DNA of 64,000 nucleotides, from the NCBI GenBank assembly GCA_964270895.1, contig OZ185441.1. One strand, written 5' to 3'. The position numbers and the translations under genes are program-made. Of this stretch, positions 49,833 to 60,877 are shown one piece after another; position 1 is the stretch's first letter; every line of letters begins with the position of its first letter. Source of the stretch: Podarcis filfolensis. Lineage: Eukaryota. The notes below the pieces were generated by a model. The model did no database searches. It was not told the origin of the DNA and was given only the letters and a program-made list of their open reading frames with translations.

Positions 49833-49994
49833 ATCTACAAAAATCAAAACACAACACGCTGGCTAATAACTGTTAGTAAATAGATAATTGGTATGATGTC
49901 ATTCAAAATATTTGTATATTTTGAATGACATCATACCAATTATATATTTACTAACAGTTTTTAGCCAGCGTGTTGCGTTTGCATTTTTGTAGAT
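49833..49994. repeat. 162-bp near-perfect palindrome
   Basis: 79-bp arms (49833-49911 / 49916-49994), 5 mismatches, 4-nt loop TTGT. Confidence 0.9.
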
Positions 49995-50870
49995 TGTCAC
50001 ATTTTGCAACACAGGGGTTTGTGTTCATGGTTAAACTGAGTGGCAAATCCTGGATTTTTTGGGGTGTGTGTGTGTGTTTAAACCCATAAAATACCAGCTT
50101 CTACCAGAAATCAGTCCAGATCATTGGAGGACAAGATATATTTGCCATCTCTACCACTTCTGAGAAGATGTCTACCAGTTTTAAAGCTTATCTGCCACCC
50201 TTTAATATGAACTCAGTTTTTAATATACAATTCATGTGTCAAGTTTTGCTTTGTTTTGTTTTTCTAATAGCCACTGAATGGAAGCAAACATGGTGATCAC
50301 AGTGAGGAGAAAACCAATGTTTGCCCAAGAGAAGTGCTTATTTACTGTGGCCAAAAGTACAGGATGATATCTAATGCTAGTCATTGTGTATTAGTTGTAA
50401 TTTGACCCATTTAAATGGGCTTCAGTCAATTGATTTCAGTAGGTGTACTCTGAGTAAGACTCAGTTACACATTACCCGTAATAGTGACACCTCCAGTTAA
50501 TGCTACATATTTTTTATCTTAGAACAAGAAAAAAACCACCCTCTAGTTTCTCTCTGTATTTCCCCAAATTAATTCCAAAGGCATTTCATACAATGCTTGC
50601 AAACTGGACCTACCAGACATTTCCCTTCCACTTCCACCTATGCATTTTCAGTGGGAAAATATCCACTGCCTGGAGGAATGGTGGCTTAAAGCAAAATGGA
50701 CTTAAGCAAGTAAGGGCAGAATACCCAAAATTTTAATGCATTTGTGCCTGACAGTGACACTTCATCATTTTAAGAAGACATTTTTAGATGGAAACATAAA
50801 GCAGGAACATAAAAGTAAAATTTATAAGGGCATTTTAAGGAAATGGCAGAGTGAAATATTCAGAAGACAC

Positions 50871-50874
<4 letters not shown>

Positions 50875-50914
<40 letters not shown>
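50875..50914. repeat. (TA)n microsatellite
   Basis: Direct observation. Confidence 0.95.
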
Positions 50915-50917
<3 letters not shown>

Positions 50918-51303
50918 CCAAATCCAGAATCTCTTCACTGGTAATTGGAAGGAGTTCACCCTAAGTACCATGTGAAATGCCTGATCAATTAAGGTAATAA
51001 AACACATAGCACTTAATGGCCTATAATGGGATGACACCCCTACGTAATAATGCCCTACCTGATAATTTTCATTATGCAGACGGTGGTATCCCAGAAATAA
51101 ATTGCATTTTCTGAATAAATCAGCAGGTTCCCTTGAGCTCTACATTTTATTTCAAACTTATGGGAGTTGTAAGGAGAGGGAGCCCAACACAGGAGTAGCT
51201 TTCACTCGCCTGTTATCTCATTCTTCTTAGAAGAGCATGTGTATCAATTTTACAACAGATGAAAAGGTGGTATTGGGGATATTATTTGGGATGAGGGGGG
51301 TAG

Positions 51304-52095
51304 AGGGAGTTTGGTAGGTTTAGCCTGGAAAATAGAAGACTGAGAGGAGATACGATAGCTGTCTTCAAATATCTTAAGGGCTCACATGGAAGAGGGAGCA
51401 AGCTTGTCTTCTCCTGCTCTGGAGGGTAGGATTCAAATGAATGGCTTCAGCATAAAAGAAGGATATTCTGACTAAGCGTACGAAAAAACTTTCTGACAGT
51501 AAGAGCTGTTCAACTGTGGGGCGGTCTTCCTCGGGAGGTTGTGGACTCTCCTTCCTTGGAGGTTTTTAAGCAAAGGTTGGATGTGTTTCGATATTCTGTT
51601 CCACCTTAGCAGATGTGTGGAGTTGTTGTATGTCACATGTCTGTTTACATTCCAGCACAGCTTGCTGGGAACTTCTGTTGTGTGTATAGCTTTTGCTGAA
51701 TCTGCTTGCTTGGACACGAAGGGGAGAAGACATGTTTTTCCCTTTGTCCTGATGCTGAATAAAATGCCTGTAATTACGCTTTACACAGCCTCTATCTGTC
51801 CTTCTGTTGTGAAGAGTATTTTTCTCTGCTGGCTTGCGTGCTCAGCTTCTGAAGGTTTCTGAAGCTCGAGTCACAGTTACATGCTGATCCAAGGACCGGA
51901 GATCGTCCGGTTGCCGACCCGTGGGCTGGAGCCAGCTGGGGGCCTGCCAATTGCCCCCATTTCCTTGGACACATCCAACAGGATGGCTATCTTTCATAGA
52001 TATTTTAGCTGAGATTCCTGCATTGCATGGGGTTGGACTAGATGACCCTTGGGGTACCTTCCAACTCTATGATTCCATGATTCTATGATTCTATG
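51304..52095 (+). mobile_element. CR1 3' fragment interrupted by a solo LTR
   Basis: CR1 sequence resumes exactly after the insertion (GGTTGGATG|GCTATC); (ATTCTATG)n tail. Confidence 0.88.
51584..51980 (+). mobile_element. Solo LTR (397 bp) inserted in CR1
   Basis: TGTT...AACA ends, perfect 5-bp TSD GGATG, AATAAA at 51758. Confidence 0.88.
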
Positions 52096-52324
52096 CTATT
52101 AGTTCTAAGTACACTGGCAAGCAATGTGCAACATGCCAGCTTCGCTTAGAAACAAAATTATTTTCCAACTAACAGCTGAAAAAATTGAGGTAGGGTTGTA
52201 TGTTTACAGCAGGTTTGTTTTAATTTAATTTTGTTTGCCAGCTGTCTATTTTTTTACCTTTACACTTAGATGCATTAATGTAACGTTAAAATGACACATA
52301 TTTGAACTCCCTCCAGTATCTTTT

Positions 52325-52800
52325 TTTTTAATTCACTTTTTCCAATCAGTACAAACACCAAACTAAAAAGACACGTACAACAAAAAAACATAATAACAAT
52401 TATAACACAAATTTACAACACAAATTTAGATACAGTAATATCCCTATGCCTACTCCTTGTTTATCACCACTCTCCCCCCCCCTCTATTTCCCACTGGTAT
52501 CCGCCTTGTCACTTAGATATTCGTTCCAAATTTCTCCGTATGTATCCATTCTTATTTTGTGTCGACAAGCAATTCTTTTGTATGTAGCTAATCTGTCCAT
52601 ATTATCAATCCATATGCTCATTGGAATCTTTTTGCGACTCTTCCAATTCATCAAAACATTATTATTTTTTTGCTTCTAATATAGCACGATACAACCACTT
52701 TTTTTTGGCCCCTTCAGATCTTCCAAGTTTCTGAAATATAATTTAGAATTAAATTCAGTTCCCCTAAATAACAATTTCTTTTTGTTACTTTTGCTATAAA
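52325..52800 (-). mobile_element. L1-clade LINE 3' fragment (divergent family)
   Basis: Minus frame LMNWKSRKKIPMSIWIDNMDRLATYKRIACRHKIRMDTYGEIWNEYL, resembling L1 ORF2 C-termini. Confidence 0.65.
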
Positions 52801-55357
52801 TATCCTGTTTTATTTATTGAGAATAAAGCAGGAACTATGAGGGGAACTTAAGAGGTGTCAGTTCACAGCTAGCATAAAAGAGCTCCAAAGCATTTCACTT
52901 CAACTCTGTATTTGAGTGGCTTTAGTTCTACATCTCACGTTTTCAAATAGCAGATTGCAGCGTGTGGTCTTTTATGTGGGCTACCCTGAACTGCCTCTTC
53001 ACCAATATGTACCTCTATCCGCACCACCCCTGCCCTTATCTCTGCATAGTTATTGCTGAACTTCAGCTGTCTCTGAGTGAAGGTAAAGCATATTATCAGT
53101 CTGGGTACTGCACAGATTTCTCACTGTGCTGCTTCAAACAGGACTGCTGGCGTTTCACCTCTGCCAGCAGCCCCTGGGCATTGCATTTTTGAGCCATTCT
53201 TCAAAGCTGTGGTATGTCTCACATTTGACACCAACAAGCTAAGGCACTGAAACTCTGTGGAACATGACCTGGAGATGGGAGGAACAAAAGATCACCAAGG
53301 ATCTATGGCAGTGCTGAGTTAATTTGAGGCATGGTGGAGCCTTCTGGTCAACTGTGCCCCAGGACTAATTAAAAGATATCTGAAATAAAATCTTCTAACT
53401 CTAAGCAACAAAGACTTTATATGCACAAACTGAAGAAGAAGGTAATGCTACCCATTTATCTATATACAAGCTCCTTGATACAATAAAAGAACCTTTTAGT
53501 TGTCATCTTACAATAGTTCTGACCTTGTATGATTCTATCTCCTAAAAATCATGGGGCAATGTTCAACTATTACTTGGGTTTCCTGCCAAATGGTTCTAAC
53601 TTAAAACAACAGAAACATAAGCTGAAGGTAAAGAATGAAACCAAATTTGCAATCACATGCTTTCCTTTGGCGATAGTTCCTTTTTCAGTCTCAGTTATAT
53701 ATGTATCCATATTTTGTACTATGGATAGCCAACTGTTTTAGCCCATGGGCTAGAACTAGTCACCAGAGATTTTCATCTAGTCCCTACCCCTGATCTACTA
53801 TCCTACTTGGTAGTATAGAATAGGTCAGGGCAGTGGTGAAGGCAGGGGCTGGTGGTGGCAGCAGGAATAGATGCACGTGATGGCACTCCATCTCACATGA
53901 CAATACTTTTGTGGAGTCAAGTTCACTAGCCTTTCAGGCATTGTTGAGATGAAAATATTCCATCTGTTGAAAATGAGTTCCAGTGAGGGCTTTACACATT
54001 TTCACTAGGAAGGCCAACATTTATACACTGCTGCCTTGGTTAATTAGTTTAAATACTGGGGCAGGATCATCTTTTGGAGACATTCAGAAAAGCGTGCAAC
54101 TTGTAAGGTATCTAAAAGTGTTCTGCATTAGTTTTAAGTAAATATGTGATCTTTCCTACAATATTCTTAAATACACAGGGAGTTCCCACAAAGTTCCAAA
54201 GACTCCCTACTAGATAAGATCTCCTTCCAACTCATGGAGGGTGTTTTGAATGGCAACCAGGGAGGTGGTCATGCTCATCTCTAATACGTACATTTTCTTA
54301 ACATAATATGCTTCAGTTAACTTTGAATACACCACTTAGAGATTGTTGCTATATTAAGCAGTACTCTCACTCTCTCTCTCTTTCAACACAATAAAAATAA
54401 ATAATAGAAATACACGAAATATACTCGGATTACTTTCAGAGTGTTTCTGAACTTTTCCCCATCTTTTTCCTGACTTGGGGGAATTGTGAAATCTTTCCCT
54501 GACATTGAACTGTTTCACCATATTTAAAAGGTGCACTTATGATCCGAGCCAGAATATTTTCATTTTTACTCTAACTAGGGTGTTCCAATCACTTATAAGG
54601 TGAGGTCTAGTATTTGTTGACTCGTATATGTAATTTATCTCTACCTGAACGTGCATATAGTTTTATTGGTGCAATGTAGAAATGAGCACATTACATTGTG
54701 TTGTAAAGAGGTGCCCCGTTCTTCTTCAATGAATGCATTGAAAACCTTTATAGCTTATGACTTTTGTTGTGTGTTTTATATTTATGGTACCCATTTACAA
54801 GCAAAACTGTCTCTTGGAGTGTCTGAATTCAAAACATTTTTATTGGTCTTATATCAGTTTATATATTTCCAGAAACTACGTAGTGAAGCTTTAGAATACA
54901 AAAAAGAAAGGCATATTCATTGAAGGAGCTGCAGGCAAATCCATGAAACTTGCTAAGAAGCTAGTTTGAAAGTCTTATTTGGGCACCAAAAGACCACCAC
55001 GTTTGCTTCAAATTTCACTTAAGCCAAACTCTGGTGACAAATCTAGGAATGTACAAATCACCCATTCTGAACCACTTCACTACTCTCATTATGTAAGCTC
55101 TTCAGTCTCCCCTCAAAATTCCTCAGATGCATGGCCTGAGGCATGACTACCAGATTCACTTCAAACTTACCTTATATTTTGCTGGCAGATCTAGGAAACT
55201 GCAGCATAATTCAACAACTCATAAAAAAGTGTCCACATCATTTTGTAGTATCCACTCCCTTAAGGCCTCCTATTTCACAAAAGATGATTTCCACCCCCCT
55301 AAGTGTGCATAGACACATTCTTATTTCTCAAATCGTAGCCTAGAGAACAAAGTGAAT

Positions 55358-55358
55358 G

Positions 55359-55408
<50 letters not shown>
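55358..55408. repeat. (TA)n microsatellite
   Basis: Direct observation. Confidence 0.95.
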
Positions 55409-55410
<2 letters not shown>

Positions 55411-55645
55411 GTTCAGGAGTAATACTGCCCATAATTGTTTCAGCACATGAACATTTTTAATGGGAGAATCAGAATATTGGTTGAAGTCAAGACAGCTGTA
55501 TTACAACCTCCCAACAAGCACAATGTTAGAACTCTGGATGATAACTAAGCAAGCTTGATTCTCCTTTTTTGATCTTCTCATTTCTTGTTCTTACCTTGCT
55601 GGGTCTCGCCAGGAAGTGCAGCCAGTGGAAAAACGTGAAGAGCAC

Positions 55646-56295
55646 CTTCTTCTTCTTTGGTGATCACTCATAGCCGAGTAAGATTGTCTTCCATAAACAT
55701 GGTTTTAACAATGAGTACTGTAAGTGACTGTGGAGGCCAGTTCTGGATCCACACGTCCTTTCACAGTGGGGACATTGGCTTCCGGGCAGGAGTTGATCAC
55801 AGTGTGGATTTGCCAAGCATACCTTCCTCTTAGCATGTTTCTCCCTTGCGTCCTGAGTTTGAGTGTCTTCAAAGGCCATGACACCTTTGGTAAAAGCTGT
55901 TCTCCAACTGGAGCGCTCGCAGGCCAGTGTTTCCCAGTTGTTGGTGTGTATACTACATTTTTAAAGATTTGCCTTGAGGCAGTCTTTAAGCCTCTTTTGT
56001 TGACCACCAGCATTACGCTTTCCATTTTTAAGTTTGGAATAGAGTAGTTGCTTTGGAAAATGATCATCAGGCATCCACACAACATGACCAGTCCAACGAA
56101 GTTGATGTTGAAGAATCAATGCTGCAAGACTGGTGATCTTTGCTTCTTCCAGTACACTGATATCAGTTCGCCTGTCTTCCCAAGTGATGTGTAAAAATTT
56201 CCGGAGACACCATTGATGGAATCTTTAGAGGAGCTGGAGATGGCGTTTATAAGTGGCCCACGTTTCACAAGCATATAGTAAGGTAGTGCTACCTG
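55646..56295 (-). mobile_element. RTE-clade LINE (non-BovB) 3' fragment
   Basis: LLYACETW...HITWEDRRT...HQLRWTGHVV...GGQQKR...CPHCERTCGSRTGLHSHL; (AAG)n tail. Confidence 0.9.
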
Positions 56296-56699
56296 CCTGC
56301 TATGCTTCCCAGAATGTCTTGGGAGCATCACAAAGCAGCAAGATATGGTGTCACTCCCAAGGCATTCCAGGAAGTACAGCTAATGACCCTTGTGCTTCTG
56401 TCATCAGTGCTGAGCTTTTAAAAAGAAGTCTAGGTATAGTGTGCCAGGGATTTTGGTTATAACATTTAAACAGAACAATGGGAGAGGCTCTGGAGGGAAG
56501 ACATTAAATTTATGGCTTGCTGTGATTTAAAAGAGAACTTCATGAAAATGCTCTACAGGTGGTATCTAACACCTCTTAAACTGTCTAAAATGTTTAGAGC
56601 CAAACACCTGTTGGAAATGTTTGAAGGCGGAAGGCACTTGGATCCACATGTGGCGGAACTGTAAAAAGATCAGAGAATACTGGGACATGATTTACAACA

Positions 56700-57075
56700 C
56701 ATTTTTAAAAAAATGTTTAAATGTTCCTTTCCCAAGAAGCCTGAAGTCTTCCTGCTAGGAATAATGGGTAATGAAATCATAAAGAAATTCAGGAGAAATT
56801 TCATGTATGCCACAGGAGCAGCCAGAATTTTAATCGCAAAAGGTTGGAAAGGAGAAGCAATCCCATCTAAATTAGATGGGCAAAACAAACTACAAAAATA
56901 TGTAGAACTAGGCAGACTATCAACAAGATTCTGAGACATTTCTGATGGAAAATTCAACAGGGAGTGGGATGTACTTACGATACGATACGATACGATATCT
57001 TTATTGTCATTGTCCCTTGCAAAGCTTATTTAAAAGAACATTGCAAATAATACATCTGTTGGCAGGTCCGGATTG
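56700..57075 (+). mobile_element. L1-clade LINE 3' fragment
   Basis: PEVFLLGI...MYATGAARILIAKGWKGEAIP, homologous to 43598-44227. Confidence 0.8.
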
Positions 57076-57303
57076 ATTCTGCGGGTGATAGAACAAGCAT
57101 ACAAATACAATGGAACAATCCAGAGGAGATAAAACTCAGTGAGTAGCTACACAATGCACCCATCACAGTGAATTTAATCACCAAGCATGGTGTTGTTGTT
57201 TTACAATGTGTATTAATCATGGATTGAATACTTGTTTACTTCCTTCTATTTTTGATTTCCAATGACTACCTATGTTATTTAGTTTGTAAACCAGTAAAGC
57301 ATT

Positions 57304-57350
57304 AAACAAACAAACAAACAAACAAACAAACAAACAAATAAATAAATAAA
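57304..57350. repeat. (AAAC)n(AAAT)n microsatellite
   Basis: Direct observation. Confidence 0.9.
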
Positions 57351-57845
57351 TGTCTAGAAGACAAGAAAAGCCTGAATTGCCTTACGTATAAGTTTAAAGA
57401 AGATAAATAGTAGCTTCCTCCTAAACACTCAATGAAAAGTAGACATGACCGCTCCCCGCTTAAAACGGGGGGCGCCCTTTGCGTGGACGCGTGCAGCCCC
57501 TAGATCTGGAGCGGCTCCAACAGCATAGGCTTGGCTTTGCCTTCCCTCAGGTGGGATACCTGGAGGTCTCCGCCTACCTCAGTCAGTTGTCCAATCCCAC
57601 CTGGGGGAAGCGTTGCCAAGGAGACCAGGCCAGGTAGGGGAGGGATTACCTGCCCACACAATAGAGGGAGGATCTTACCTGAGAATCTTCACTGGATCTG
57701 GGGACTCCGCCTGTCCACGCAAATGATCCTCCCCCCCTCAATTATAGTGTAATGTATCTATTGCTGGACTGTGCTACTTCACAATGCAGGTGGGGAAAGT
57801 AAATATACATTCAGAACAAACTCGCCAGTGATAAAAGTAGGATCA

Positions 57846-58131
57846 GAGCCAGTGTGGTGTAGTGGTTAAGAGTGGTGGACTCGTAATCTGGTGAACCAGG
57901 TTCAATTCCCCGCTCCTCCTCATGAAGCTGCTGGGTGACCTTGGGTTAGTCATACTTCTTCTGAAGTCTCTCAGCCTCACTCACTTCACAGAGTGTTTGT
58001 TGTGGGGGACGAAGGGAAAGGAGATTGTCAGCCGCTTTGAGACTCCTTCAGGTAGTGATAAAGTGGGATATCAAATCCAAATTCTTCTTCTTCTTCTTCT
58101 TCTTCTTCTTCTTCTTCTTCTTCTTCTTCTT
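57846..58131 (+). mobile_element. Squam3 SINE (tRNA-derived, MIR/Ther1 lineage)
   Basis: tRNA-like head GTGTGGTGTAGTGGTTAAGAG...GGTTCAATTCCC (A and B boxes), CORE-like GGGTGACCTTGGG, (CTT)n tail. Confidence 0.88.
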
Positions 58132-60000
58132 TTCCCTGACACACTAGTTTTGCATATGTGGTAAGTGTTGTTTAATAGAAAGGAGCAAGGTATGAAGCAG
58201 AGAGGGCATTATTAGAATTGGTGCCAATCCCTAGCCAATGGGATTGGGATATTCATGCAAGAAGGCACACAAAATGGGGAAATTTAAGACTCAGAGGTGG
58301 ACAGTATCCCCCCCCCTTCTCCTTTCTGTTTTCTCTACTTTTGTTCATAATTGCTGGGCCCAATCTCATTCGAGTCTGTGGGAGCTGACCCATGTCTAAT
58401 TTCCATAGCATATAATATAACCCGGTTGCATGTATGTTTTATTGCATCATGAATACTTGAAAACACATAATTCTGATGGAGAACTGTACTGTCAGCTGCT
58501 CCTGGATATCAAGCCACCTGAGAATTTTTTGTACACTGTTCTTGGAAGAAGAGCAGGATATAACAACAAAATTAAAGGAAACCACCAACAGTATAATCTT
58601 TGACAAATGCAAGCTGGTCTCCAGGTGGTATCTAACTGAACTTACCCTTGCAACCTGTAATGCTAGAAAATGTCACAGTCAGAAAAACCATGGCAGAAGA
58701 TAGGAAAGCAGGGAGGGGGGGCCCCTAAGGACTATTTAAGGCACCATGTTTTCTCTTGTGTAGATTCTAACTACTAACAAGTGGTAAAGACCAGATCTAA
58801 AGTGATCTAAAGTGCTGGCCTAAATCTTTATCCCATCTCCCTGCTGAAAGATTTACCCCACAAATGGGACAACACAGTGTTAGCATGCTTGGAGAATTCA
58901 GTTTAATGGCATGGAGACTAATGGATTTACTTTGTTTTAATGTGAACATTAACTCTGTGCACAAATTACCCAGACCACACTTCCAAGAAGAGCGGTGCTG
59001 GATTTACATTCAGCAGTGCATCCAATGGATCACAGGCTTTGATTAATAGCATCTGCATCATTGTTCAATATCTGGAACTCAAGCTGATAATGCAACAGCT
59101 GAATTCACATCAGTTAAGTGCTACCAGCATGAAACAGCAAACAATAACTTGCAGATCCACGATGTGGGAATAGGAAACTGCCAAAATGCTTCTCGGCAAA
59201 TTTCCAGGGGAAAATAGTTCAATTAGTAGTTGTGATTGTAGCTCCCAATGAGCTATGAATGTCTTCTCAAAGCTGGCATCCGCACATAGCTCACATCAGC
59301 AGGGAGCAAGGTCAGGTATTTGCAAAGGCTCAGAAACTGCTGAAAGACACACTACTGACCCCATCAACATTTTCATTGCTCGTACACATATGTGAACTAT
59401 GATATTCCACCTAGACTAGCATCAGGAAACTTTGGAATGATCTACAGATATAAGTTGCTTAAAGAATGTCACATATTAGATGTGTTTTCTGAAAGCAACA
59501 GCCTTTGCCCTAAGCCACTTCCTATAATCTCACATTTCTGAGGCTACCTGTGGTTCTGCAATAGTAAAGGAATGCTCTCGATATGTTCTCAAGGGCACTG
59601 CAACCTTTTCACATGTCGAGGAAACAAAGAGAGACTATGGTAGCCCATGAAGGATGGTAAAGGCCTGGAGGCCTGCAGAAGACTCTCTACATATTAAAGA
59701 TCCAGCTTTCTCTAGGACAGTAATTCCAAAACTGTGCACCATGAGAAATTATTGGACCCTGCAATGCTATACACACTTACATGGCAGGCAGTCCTATTGA
59801 ACCCAGTAAGACTTCTGTGTAGACATACTCATGATTCCTAGCTGCCATAACTCAAAGAGGAGTCAGATTGCTGCCTCACTTTAATTCACCATCTTAACCT
59901 TGCTCAATCAATGACACACAGTGCAGAGGTTCAGCAGAGTTACACATACAGTACTTGGAAGAATCTGAACATTGTGTCTCTGCATAAATTACCACAGCTG

Positions 60001-60373
60001 CATACCTTCCAGGTGTCCCTATTTTCCAGGGACAGCTCCAGATTTACAGAAGCCATCTCTGTTTCTGATTCAATCCCAGAATGTCCCGCTTTTCCTTAGG
60101 ACATCCCTATTTTCATCAGAGAAATGTTGCATGGTATGGAGTTATGCAGCCCATAAGCCAAGGAGATAAATAACTATACAACCTTCAAAATACATCTGAT
60201 GGAAGCCCTGTATAGGGAGGTTTTTTTAATGTTTGGTGTTTTATTATGTTTTTATATCTATTGGAAGCTGCCCTGAATGGATAGAGGAACCCAGTAGGTG
60301 GGCGGACTATAAATAAATATTAATAATAGAACAGGACATCTCTATTTTCATCTGATAAATGTTGAAGGGTATG
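60001..60373 (+). mobile_element. Composite non-autonomous DNA element with captured L2 3' tail, copy 2
   Basis: CATACCTTCC...GAAGGGTATG inverted termini; internal L2 tail about 60175-60325; collinear with 26980-27356. Confidence 0.75.
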
Positions 60374-60431
60374 CACCTGAAAGTTTTGAAGTATAAGAGT
60401 GTTTCTCTGATTTTAATTTGGGGGGAAATGG

Positions 60432-60877
60432 TGTTAGAATTCCTGTTCCATGATTGCAGTTATGGGACTTTTGTCTTTCACTTGACGGTATATGTTTTGA
60501 CTCCACAGAGTGGGATGTGACGGAGACGGGATGTTTGTGTTACTGTGTTCTGTGAAGTGGGACTATTGTCCTTTGTTCTTTTTCTCTTTGCTGTCTGATG
60601 CTAGAGAGAGAGGGAGCCATATTGCAGTGCTCCGTGTGTGTTTATATGTAAATAAAGTAGATTAGCCAAAATGCTGAGTTGCGCAGGTCTGCTACGCAGC
60701 TGCGCAAACTCTGCTGATCCCTAAGTGTGCCGATGTCTGTTGGCATCGGTTGGTGTGATGTTCTGGCTGAAGAAAGCTTTTGAAGCTCCTGAATGAAAGA
60801 CCAGGAGGGAGAGAACATGCCAGTCGGGCATGTGTCTCTACCAGGGTCCTACTTGAGTGTAAGCTGAGCTCCTGACA
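60432..60877 (+). mobile_element. Solo LTR (446 bp)
   Basis: TGTTAGAA / TCCTGACA termini, flanks AATGG / AAGGG (4 of 5 match), AATAAA at 60651. Confidence 0.75.

Noticed and set aside
53142-53211. 70-nt plus-strand exon candidate with GTATGT donor
   Set aside because: Weak acceptor, not frame-preserving, no recognisable peptide
55594-55645. Minus-strand AAG|GTAAGA donor with VLFTFFHWLHFLARPSK
   Set aside because: Directly abuts the RTE tail with no acceptor, so it is probably chance
57851-57915. tRNA gene
   Set aside because: It is the tRNA-derived head of a Squam3 SINE, followed by SINE body and tail, and does not form a full cloverleaf
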